This document shows positions 13,601-23,660 of a stretch of DNA of 64,000 nucleotides, in pieces. Below the pieces are notes generated by a model, which saw nothing but the letters and a program-made list of their open reading frames with translations, was not told the origin of the DNA and searched no databases. Numbering within the stretch: the first letter of the stretch is position 1; each line of letters starts with the position of its first letter. The position numbers were made by a program, and so were the translations under genes. The stretch is from Tubiluchus corallicola (lineage: Eukaryota; Animalia; Priapulida). The stretch spans positions 186,001 through 250,000 of the forward strand of contig JAQGDQ010000306.1 in assembly GCA_030141605.1 (NCBI GenBank). The letters are read 5' to 3'.

Positions 13601-15810
13601 TCATCTTTTCTTCGCTTTAGTGCACTATTTTACAGAAGAAATAATCACGTTAGGTACAGTTTTGTTTGTAAGCAAGTATGTTTATCATGCACTAATATGC
13701 TAGCCTAGCGGTTTTGCATTGAATCTGTTACCCGGTCATCTGTTGCAATTAACCTCGTTGTTTCTGGAAGCTAAACATTTATTTATTTAATTGCTTAGCA
13801 GTCTGGTTTTAAGGCTACTGCTGCTTTTCGCAGAGGTATCACTAACTGTTTTTCACAGGGGAAACATGGTCATCACCTAATGCGGCTCAAGCACCTCAAT
13901 CATTAGGTGACTAGATGTTCTGTATGAATATGTGCAGCATACAGCAACAGATTTTCAACATTTAATCAGTATGAGAATTTTATAAACCAACTTCCTTATG
14001 AAGAAGTGAAGTGATAATAATTAGATTTGTACGATTTTTCATTTTGTTTATTAACTCACTTATATAAATTGGAATTCTTAGATAATTGCACATAGGAATT
14101 TTGACATTTAATTCCTAACTAAAATTCATTTAAAGCATTTGCAATGCATACTAATTTGAAGAGTAATGACCCATGATTCACACTTCTGTAGCAGTAATGC
14201 TACACCCATAGGCTAACAGATTCATTCATTTAATTGGGTCAAAACACTTTCCTAGTGAGTCTATAAGCAGCACCTAATGTACTACTAAAAATTGTTTTGT
14301 ACACCAGCACCTAATAAAAAATCACATCACATCATGCTCATACTTGAAAAATGGAGTTATGCTCATGAGTAGCTTTAAAAAATGGACATCTCATAATGTT
14401 ACCTTGGATACAGATGCTTTAGCTTCGCTAGCAGTTTTATTTAATATGTCTGCCATTTTTTCGTTGCACCCTTTTCCATTACGACGACCCATTGGATCTT
14501 TGCACTAAAATGAAAAAAAATATTTTATTGTTTTGTAACAGTTATGTTGCTTGAAATTTTTTTGCTATCACTATTTACACTCTTAACTAAGCAATTACAA
14601 AGAATGGATCAATGGATGGGTGCTATGACTTACCTATGCACCATAAGTGCCATCTAATTATTGAGCAAAACGTAAAAAAGGGAACATCTGGTAAACCATT
14701 GTATCATATTATATACAATGTAGAAAACAGAATATCTAGTAAATCCTGATTTACCACAAACATTTAAAAAAATCTTCATTATTATTAAAAACTTAATTAA
14801 TTAGCTAGGTCAATTTGCACCTGTTCCCTCACACGTAGAACAGAGACACAAGAAAATGGCTGGTTCATTCATCTAAATTTTAATGAAAAGTCATTCATAA
14901 AAAATTAACCGTTTTTCTTCCTTGCTTTTGTGTGCATGTGCAATGTGCATTAAGCCTAACTATCGGAAAGCCTAAAACTAACATTACGTATCAACCACTA
15001 ACTATCAAGTTTAAGGAAAAAATTAAATGTGGAATCCATATTACACTTTGAATGAGTGTAATAGATGGGTAATTACTGACCTTCTATTTTTTTACTGATA
15101 ATGCAAACAATAATAAAAATGTACAGTAACCTCCACAAAGCCACCGCTAGATATACACAACTCTCCAAATTCATCAACCAGTTTTAATTCTGCTATCTGC
15201 TCCTCTGTTAAGCCCTGCATATTAGGAGGTAATGATGGCCCATGTTTCACTAAATCTGGTATTTCTGCGAAAAACAAATTTTTTACAGGTTTATAACTTC
15301 ATATCTCTTTCGTAAATGTACTACCAGAAAATGAAAATACAAATATTAGGAGTAATAAAGATTGTGAAGTTTCCTATAATTATCAGGTGAATACCAGGTA
15401 GCACTTCTTATGTACTATCAAAGACTTACGAAATGTGTTAGGATGCTCGATTTTTTGTGTGCACAAGCAGCCGACAGTCGAATGCATAACACAAAGTAAT
15501 GCAAAGTCAATGTAATGCATGAAACTTTGGCAGGTCTGCAAACTAAAAAAACAAACTAAACTGTCACTGCTAATACACATACCTGCATAAAACATGCCGG
15601 CCAACAGATCACAGTTATAGACTAGAGACTAATATAGAGCAAAAGAAAACTACAGTCATATTCGTACGCACCATTACAGATTCGCTCCACTTTTAAACGA
15701 CCATTGTAAATCGCTACACATTCTTCTACAATTGTGTAGACTAATGCTGAGACTGTAGTTTCATAGAGAAATTGGGATTCATCTCCTCTTTTTACATTCA
15801 GCTTCACCAT
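10640..15810 (-). CDS. CFAP298: Cilia- and flagella-associated protein 298 (C21orf59/Kurly), complete, 7 coding exons, 290 aa
   Basis: Exons 15810-15672, 15264-15131, 14504-14403, 12954-12796, 11897-11766, 11057-10962, 10750-10640 (873 nt; all introns GT-AG and phase-compatible). Motifs MVKLNVKRGDESQFL, YNGRLKVERIC, GRRNG, GAVMIAFPMGLPKYDPIRME, QIWWAGK..DYVGKNEKTKI, GAPAREP, YLNSGWAD..LKRNFHG. Confidence 0.95.
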
Positions 15811-16069
15811 AGCTGAAACCGTGACCTAAAAATCGGTTATTATTATGACATTACTGTAACAAATACGTGCATAATCTCTCTTGGATAGCAGTAAGCTAAC
15901 TAATTCAGACATTATAATACATAATACAATGCATAATACATTTAATTGTGTGATAAAAGTGTAAATTAGATACATAAAAAGCACATCGTAAAAATACTTA
16001 TAAATAGGATTACTACAATCATCATTAATGATATCGAATTATTTTACAAATTATGAGGGTGTCAGTATT

Positions 16070-16932
16070 ATCTTTCCTTAAAAGCATATTTACTGGGAGC
16101 CAACATAATGTACTCAGGTAAGTTATTCCACAGACAAACAGGTCTATTACTAAAAAAGAACTTCCTCAGATTATAATGTGTCCTATTAGTTTCAAAAGCA
16201 AAACAGTGTCCTCGTAAGCCAGGGTAAGTTCTTAATTTGAACATTGTTTCATAATTGACAATATTATAACCTTGAATGAATTTGAAGACCTCAATGAGAT
16301 CACCTCTTATTCTACAATCTTCTCATGATGTAAGTTTTAATTCATTCAGCCTCACATCATAAGGTAAGCCTTTTAACTCAGGAACTAGTTTTGTGGCACG
16401 TCTCTGAACCCTTTCTAATGTATTTTTATTTTTCTGTTGGTAGGATGACCAGACTAGTACACAATATTCTAAATGAGGTCTCACATAAGTCTTATACAGT
16501 GTTAATAGAGATTCCTTAATAATATAAGTAAAAGTTCTTTTAATCATGCTTAAAATCCTGTTAGCATATGCAGCTGCTTTACTGATATGCATAGAAAAAC
16601 TTAAGTTATCAGTAACAGTTAAACCAAGGGCTGTTTCATGAGTTACATTACTTATTTCATACTCATCCATACAGTAATTACATTTGAGGTTATTTTTGCC
16701 AACATGTGGATGGCAAAGAACTTTTCATTTATCTTTATTAAACTCCAGTAATCATTTTATGAGCTCTGCTAAATTATTACTAATTGCGATGCTATCTAAG
16801 CATGACAATACTGGATGATAGGCTTTTGTATCGTCTACAAAAATTTTGCTTTTGATAGACAGACAAGCAAACAAGTCATTAATAAAAAATATAAATAAAA
16901 CTGGGCCAATCACAGAGCCTTGAGGCACGCCT
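16070..16932 (-). mobile_element. 5'-truncated CR1-clade LINE remnant (RT core and C-terminus)
   Basis: GVPQGSVIGPVLFIFFINDL..IFVDDTK, LYKTYVRPHLEYC..W, LERVQRRATKLVPELKGLPY, RGDLIEVFK and RKFFFSNR..LWNNLP, spread over several frames. Confidence 0.9.
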
Positions 16933-19086
16933 GAGGCATATACTGGCTACAGAAAGTTTGCCAGTTAAAAATATTTTTGACACTGCTCAGTTTTTTCACA
17001 ACAGATGATTTCGTGTGTTAATTATAATTATCTAGACTTTTTGATGATAGTGTGACTGTAGCTTTAACCTACTTAGCTGACGCTTTACACAAATTCTGTA
17101 GTTACAGTTTGCAATTCTCCAATTATTTTGGAAAATGATAAGATATCACTGCCCGATACACTGACCCACTGATAACCGAGCTCTCGGTAGGTCGTTCGTA
17201 AGTTAGTTCAATTTTTGTGTTTACAGTTTTGATGCAATTTTGCAAAAAAATAAATCATTCATTTCAGTTCAGTGTCAAATAAAGTAAACTAAAAATCTGA
17301 AACGGCGGTTGTAATCTAATTTTAACAGTAAACAATACATATATAAATTATTATTCGCGAACTATAATATTTTCTGCTATTACTGTCATTCGACGCTACT
17401 GCAAAACTGGCAGTATGGGAACGCTTATAAATTGTTTGCGTTTTACTCACGACCGCGCTAAACGCAAAGTGTGATTCGGAAAACAAGTTGATAGGGCTCT
17501 TGATCTCGCAAATAGACACTAAGTCTTCTCATTGATGTCTGTCTGCTCGCCACTGATGGTGAAAAGGATCGACCGTGTCCACGGTAGTAAAGCGAATGCT
17601 AAAGCCATGAGTCAGATCAGTTGATTCAATGACCAATTTGCCCAATGGATAGAAGTCTGTGTACGACTAAAATTAATACTAAATACTTGTATTTAACTTC
17701 CACTTAGTAATGTCACTCTAGCAGCATGAATTCTTATAACGTAGAATACACGAGTTTTGCAGTACAGCTCCCAATACAAACTGCAAAAGTTCGACAATTA
17801 TTCTTTTTATTAAATTTTACCTTTCAAGGGAGTAAATTTAATTAGAGTATTTCAAGGATTTCGACAGAGTCATGTTCCTGGACGCACCTACCAAAAATGA
17901 AAATAAAGGACATATCTGGCTTTTTAATTTACGACTTGTGCATTGCCATGTATGAGCAAACTTCCATAACATCAGCCAAGTTTCAGTTTTCTTGCTGTAC
18001 CATCGTGATAGTGTCTGACAATACACGATTGTGTCTGTATAAAAATCACTTCTCTCAAATGATGTAATTATTATCTTGGCGATAGAAAAAACCGATCCAG
18101 GCAAGCCTAGATCTCAAATTCTTTTCCATTGATAAGCTGATTAAACTGATCTCGTCCTATCAAACAAACTCTCTATGTTGAGTTCAATTAAATCTGCACT
18201 AAGATCTTCTGTGTTTCATTGGCGTCCGTAGAGGCTATGCACAATGAAATGGTTCCTATGGAGTGCATTGTTAGCTTTATGTATTGTTAGCAAATTGGAG
18301 ATGGTTTGCAATATAAAGACGACAAGTTGTAGTCTGGCAGACTGATTCTATAGTCCTTACGTAAATTTGTGTTCCAGAAAAATCGTACATTTTGTTATGA
18401 TATTTGATCTCAGGTATGATTTTGATATAGCCAATTTCCAGGCGCTAAAGGGTCACTTTGATCCCCAGATAAAAATTAATTTAAACAGCAACTCTATAGG
18501 CTGGAAAAAACATATTCATCTGTTTATACTGCTAGACTGACCTACAGTTTGCCATGCCAATCATTCGCCTACTGATTTATAAAAAAAAGTGTAACATAAA
18601 CAACAAAAAAGTTGAACTGCAGCTGAAAACTTCTTGTTTCTGCCTTTGCAGTTTATTCTATACTTCTGTGTTTTATATGCTGTACACTATAATACCTGTG
18701 CCTTTTCACACTTATTTTTGTATGATGGTAGGGAATAATTTCTCCAAAAGTTGTACTGTTTCACGCATACACAATTGTTCTGCGTGTTCTCACAGTCACG
18801 TACACTTGTTTAGTGAATTGCCTCATATCATAATTATAGCTATTTTTTCTTGAGTAAGAAATTTGTCTATTTTGTCACTATGCTCGTACGTGCCAAATTT
18901 CAAAGTTGTCACTCATAAGCCAGACAGGCTGGGTGTTTCTAATGTCACTTTAATAAACATTTTTCAGTCATTCAAATAATACATCATTGTATGCCAAGTT
19001 ACTACTGTCTAACACCAAACATTTACATAAAGTATAAACATGTTAATTTATACAAAGTAAAAAAAACAAAAGTTCTCTATAAAAAA

Positions 19087-22000
19087 CTATTGAACGACTA
19101 TTTTAAATGCTTCAATTTGCATTGGCTCAATATGAAAATTGTCGTTTATATCTATTTTCTTTTTATCTGCTGTAAATGTCAGTGTGCTTTTATAAACATC
19201 TTTAACATTAATACCAGGAAAAACATCAATAAGTTTACGTTGCTTACAGTTCTTATGATAAGCGGGGATCTCAAAAGAACAGTCAAAAACAGGTGTGTGT
19301 GAAATAAAACCGTACACTGGAGACGCCATCTTCTCTGACAAAAGAGGTAGAAAACGAAAAGATACTAAGTCGTGTTGACAAGGCAGTAAAATCGGCAATT
19401 CGTATTTTTGTTTAATTAAAGAACTGTCTAATTTCGGATCTATAAACATTGTCACTAAAGGATGATTCAACTGATTTACTGAAGTATAACTTCTAGAACT
19501 CGCGTACATTAAATTCGAATTTGCGTAGAGCACGTTTTTGTTATGAGGTTCTATGAGTAGCTTAAAATGTTGCGCAGTTCGTAACAGTGACGTCACACCA
19601 CCTCCCAACCCTCTGCCATCATCAGTATACATTCGTCGATCTAGAAGAACCTCAAGAGCCCCAGGAGATGGGCTCCAGACACCGTGTGCCTCTGAAAGCA
19701 AGAGGCTCAGTCTCCGCTGCTGATCTTCCAAGCCTGCTAACGATGTTGCCGGATACACATTCGCAACTTCCGGTAAGTTAGGGTATCGTTGGCGTCGCAC
19801 CACCTGTAGACTATTCAAATCTGTGAAAAAATTATTATGACTTTGTATATCAGTACTTACTCTCATAAAAAGTTCCTCATTTAGCAAGTTTTTTATGTCA
19901 ACCTTGTTGACAAAGTCAAAGGCAATGATGTTATTATCTTCGTTGTTTCTGTCTACTGTCACAATATGAACTAAGTTATGCACAACGACGTGAATTTCTT
20001 CAATGACTGGCCCACGAATAACACGTACTATGGGACGCGCTTGCACACCTACAAAAAGCGTTTCTGGATTACGCAGTTCGCCGATAATGTACGCACCACT
20101 CAGTGACGAAGTATACCTGTAAAAGCCAAACTTTATGTTTATAATTTCTCGGGAGTTCTTTCTCGTTATTTTCTCTAAGAGTCCAATAGGTGAAAATGAT
20201 GCTTCCCAGTATTTCGTCTGCAAAACAAGAATCTCCGTTTGAAAATTGACATCAAATCCAGACATATCTGCTCTTGCGCGATTAATTTTACCTTCTTGGC
20301 CTGAGTTTAAAAGCTTAACGTTTGCTCTCTTCGATTCATCAATGCCATCACGCAAAGCTACGCCATACGTGACAAAACTAAAAGGAGGGACATCTGCATA
20401 AAACACAACCTCATATTCATTTTCCGCAATGTGAAATCTTTGTAACCATACTGGATTTATCTGAAATTGCACAATTTTATCTCCTTCATCTCTGACTTCA
20501 ATTGCTGCATTGTTTACGCGAAGTTTAACCAGATCTCTTCGTGGAATACTCAAGCTATTGTGCAGAACAATATAGGACGTCCTACCAGCACTAACTTCCA
20601 AAAGTTCGTTTTCAAGAAGTGACTGGTCCGTTCGCATTTTTTTGCCCATTTTAAACACCGTCTGGTTTTTGGCATCGAGATTTTGCACCAGTGTTGAAGA
20701 CCTAATTAGAAAGTGCTGTGCCGCACGAATTAGTGCATGGTTGGCAGCATAAAGTGACATCCACAACTTCCTTCCATAGTCATCAGCAACGTAACCCTCT
20801 GAGGTGCCAGTTATGGCATCGTGATGTTGAAAAAGAGCTAGATTCCGTCGAGCAAACTGAAGAGAGTCAAGTATCACATCATCAGGTATGCGACCTGGTT
20901 GCTTTAACATAGCTTGAAGACTGGTCACAACATCAGCCGCTCGAAGTCGTGACTCGACTATCCTCCCTAGCCTTTTATTGAAGGGTCTAGTAGAAAAGAA
21001 GCCTACCCAATATTTATTGTCTTTGTCAGAATAAGGAAAAAAGTCGCCAGATAAGGTTGGTATAGGTTGCTGTAGTTTTTGTTCCCTCTTATGAACTTCA
21101 TTAAAGTAGTCGTTCAATGTACCAAACTGAACGTGTGCCTTCCAGTCATGGTTGTTAATGTAATCGAATAATTTCACATAATTATCGTGTTGCATTTTCC
21201 ATTCTTCGTCAATGCCAAATCTGAAATCGTCGCCTACAGGTATGAGCACAACATTGTGCCTATACAACTGAGCTTTCTGTTTATACTGATTTAGCAATTT
21301 CGCTGCCTTTTCGTTGATATTATCGTCAGTTATTGGCACTGCATTTGACTCCGTGTTCTCACCTTTTATTCGACGAAAATCAAATTCGACGCAAATTTCT
21401 GGGTCGGGACCGCATGACCATTTAATAGTATATAGTTGATAAGGTGCACCATGACAAAACATATCTGTTATACCTTCCTGATCCCAATATTGTCGCCACC
21501 AAAATTCCAAATTTTGTTTTAACCCAAGGTGCCATTTGAGACCATGATGGAAACGCTGAATGACAATATTTGAAAACCCAATTTTGTTCATTATGTATGC
21601 CACTGAACTGGAAACTCCAAAAGGGTCAACCTGCCAGCTGTTATTTGGAATAACTCCAACGCCATGCTGTAGCCACTGATGTCCTTCTATGAACTGATCA
21701 ATAACACCATAATAGTGAGTTGTGGCTTCATCGGGCATAACCCATCCACCTCCGACTATCTCAAGTCTACCCGATTTGATCAGCTCTTTGAATTTTTCCC
21801 TCGCTGTAATGTCAGCATCATCCCACCACATCTTTAGGAAAGAAATTTCAGACCAGATGAATGTCATATCGTTGTATTTGGTCAGCATGTCGACAACTCT
21901 ATCCAAAATGTAAATTGTATGGGCTTGATAGTAGTCTTCTATCGTTTTGTGCCATCCCGGGTCGACATGTGAGTGTGGTACCACAAACACTTTCAACGGC

Positions 22001-22362
22001 TGCAATTCATCAGAGAATGCTTCTTGTGGCAGTCTAGGGTTTTGGTTTTCCAAACCAAGTTTTGCCCAGAGCCTAAATACATTTCTTGTGCTAACATCTG
22101 TTTTCGCGTTTTCCCTGTCAGCGAACATACAAGTTGCATCACGTAATTCAGCCGTTTCCCTGCCTAATTTCAAACTACTTAGGGCTGATGTTTCTATAGG
22201 TGAATATAATTGTTTATCTATAGTTGCAACTTGACCAGATGGGAATTTTTTTTGAGAATTCCTCTGAAACAGCCAGTTCAGACAATATCCTGCGGCGAAC
22301 AGGAGCAGAATAAATTTAATTAACGACTTCTTTCTTATCATAATTTTCCAGCAAATGAGCAT
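19087..22362 (-). CDS. MAN2A: Golgi alpha-mannosidase II-family protein (GH38, type II membrane protein), 1091 aa, single coding exon
   Basis: Uninterrupted ORF with an N-terminal TM anchor; motifs VVPHSHVDPGW (Zn ligands), GGGWVMPDEA, WQVDPFG (nucleophile), PVGDDFR (acid/base), LFQHHDAITGT and DRRMYTDDGRGLG. Confidence 0.93.
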   Translation of the reverse strand: MLICWKIMIRKKSLIKFILLLFAAGYCLNWLFQRNSQKKFPSGQVATIDKQLYSPIETSALSSLKLGRETAELRDATCMFADRENAKTDVSTRNVFRLWAKLGLENQNPRLPQEAFSDELQPLKVFVVPHSHVDPGWHKTIEDYYQAHTIYILDRVVDMLTKYNDMTFIWSEISFLKMWWDDADITAREKFKELIKSGRLEIVGGGWVMPDEATTHYYGVIDQFIEGHQWLQHGVGVIPNNSWQVDPFGVSSSVAYIMNKIGFSNIVIQRFHHGLKWHLGLKQNLEFWWRQYWDQEGITDMFCHGAPYQLYTIKWSCGPDPEICVEFDFRRIKGENTESNAVPITDDNINEKAAKLLNQYKQKAQLYRHNVVLIPVGDDFRFGIDEEWKMQHDNYVKLFDYINNHDWKAHVQFGTLNDYFNEVHKREQKLQQPIPTLSGDFFPYSDKDNKYWVGFFSTRPFNKRLGRIVESRLRAADVVTSLQAMLKQPGRIPDDVILDSLQFARRNLALFQHHDAITGTSEGYVADDYGRKLWMSLYAANHALIRAAQHFLIRSSTLVQNLDAKNQTVFKMGKKMRTDQSLLENELLEVSAGRTSYIVLHNSLSIPRRDLVKLRVNNAAIEVRDEGDKIVQFQINPVWLQRFHIAENEYEVVFYADVPPFSFVTYGVALRDGIDESKRANVKLLNSGQEGKINRARADMSGFDVNFQTEILVLQTKYWEASFSPIGLLEKITRKNSREIINIKFGFYRYTSSLSGAYIIGELRNPETLFVGVQARPIVRVIRGPVIEEIHVVVHNLVHIVTVDRNNEDNNIIAFDFVNKVDIKNLLNEELFMRVSTDIQSHNNFFTDLNSLQVVRRQRYPNLPEVANVYPATSLAGLEDQQRRLSLLLSEAHGVWSPSPGALEVLLDRRMYTDDGRGLGGGVTSLLRTAQHFKLLIEPHNKNVLYANSNLMYASSRSYTSVNQLNHPLVTMFIDPKLDSSLIKQKYELPILLPCQHDLVSFRFLPLLSEKMASPVYGFISHTPVFDCSFEIPAYHKNCKQRKLIDVFPGINVKDVYKSTLTFTADKKKIDINDNFHIEPMQIEAFKIVVQ

Positions 22363-22753
22363 TTCCCACTCAGACCCGTCATCAAGAACAACCTACAGAA
22401 GAACAATAAAACAGAACTTCATAGAATTCATCATGGTCAAACAAAGGCTTATTACTATAAAGTAGACTAAAGTAAATAAAAACCTTCAATTAACTATAAT
22501 TTAACGCCCATCTATAGACGCATGCTAATAACTGACAATGTTTCACTAATTTGTTTTGTCTTTATTTTTATCAATTAAATTGCTAACGATTTCTGGTTTT
22601 AAATTTTAGAATTAAATTTCGTTTGATAGATGCTCATTCCACATTTCTAAAAAATAAATTCAGATAACAAAATAACTTTAATTGGCAATTTTCAACGCAG
22701 CTTCCCCCATAAAATACGACTCCATATTCCAAACCTGCGAATGCTGTGTTAGA

Positions 22754-22790
22754 TACAGGGTGTTCCAAAAGAAACAAGTGGACTAACAAA
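22754..22790 (+). mobile_element. Solitary Tc1/mariner-like terminal sequence
   Basis: TA-CAGGGTGTTCCAAAAG resembles common Tc1/mariner TIR starts; no matching right end seen nearby. Confidence 0.35.
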
Positions 22791-23506
22791 TGCATGCCTA
22801 TATTACGTCAAAGTCCAGCCAATTTGATCATACAAAGTTTTAATATGGTAGTAAGATTTTGTTATATTTATTATATTTCTACTGTACTGTTTCGTTTGAA
22901 ACAGTACAGTAGAAATGTTGCGTAGTCGTAGTTCGAATATAATTAATTGCTCTGATTGTCCTGGTATTAAATAAATGGATCTAACACTTAACTGCACATG
23001 AACAGATAATTCAAGTTCTGTTCGTGAGCTATAGAAGGTTCAGGATATAGAAAGAAAGCTATTGCTAGTAAGACCACATGTATCTTGCCTCACACTTGTA
23101 GTTTATTAGGTAATTTAGGCTCAAGCTTATTTAACTTATACCTGTGGGTAATGTATTGTATCTTTGACATGGTTTTATGATATGCGTAATAGTCAAATCT
23201 ATTGTCGACAATTTCAATGAGTACCTCTAAACTTTTATATCACTATTAGTTTGACAAATACTCGCTAGCAAAAACGTCAACTATAATACTCGCAGTTATC
23301 TACACGCAAGCCATAAAACTCAGTAGAACTGGCCACTAGAATTAGAAAATCAGTCATGTCTACCTGTGACCCAGAAACCGTTGTTGTTATATGCTACTTT
23401 TATTATAGGTAGCCTACATGCACTACATGCACCCACATATATAACCCACTGTTGCTATACATATGCATTGGAGGTAGAGACATGCATAGGCGATTATGCA
23501 GCTTAC

Positions 23507-23660
23507 CTTGTATTATCTGTTTGAAAATTAACTACTGTTAGTAACCACTTTGTTTCGACCATTATTTCGAGATGAAAGCACTGCCATTCTCGGTGTTGAT
23601 ACGTTTCGTTACATAAATATATAATCGAACGCCAATCACTCGTAACGGAACATAACAAGT
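23507..23660 (-). promoter_or_regulatory. Putative 5'UTR first exon and promoter of the mannosidase gene
   Basis: Consensus donor AAG|GTAAGC (exon ends 23507) pairs with acceptor ttctgtag| 30 nt above the ATG (exon starts 22392). CCAAT box (~23632) and CGGAA (~23646) lie just upstream. Confidence 0.5.

Noticed and set aside
19087-22362. Bacterial/HGT origin for the intronless mannosidase
   Set aside because: Type II TM anchor and motifs are those of the eukaryotic Golgi GH38 subfamily, and a spliceosomal 5'UTR intron is predicted.
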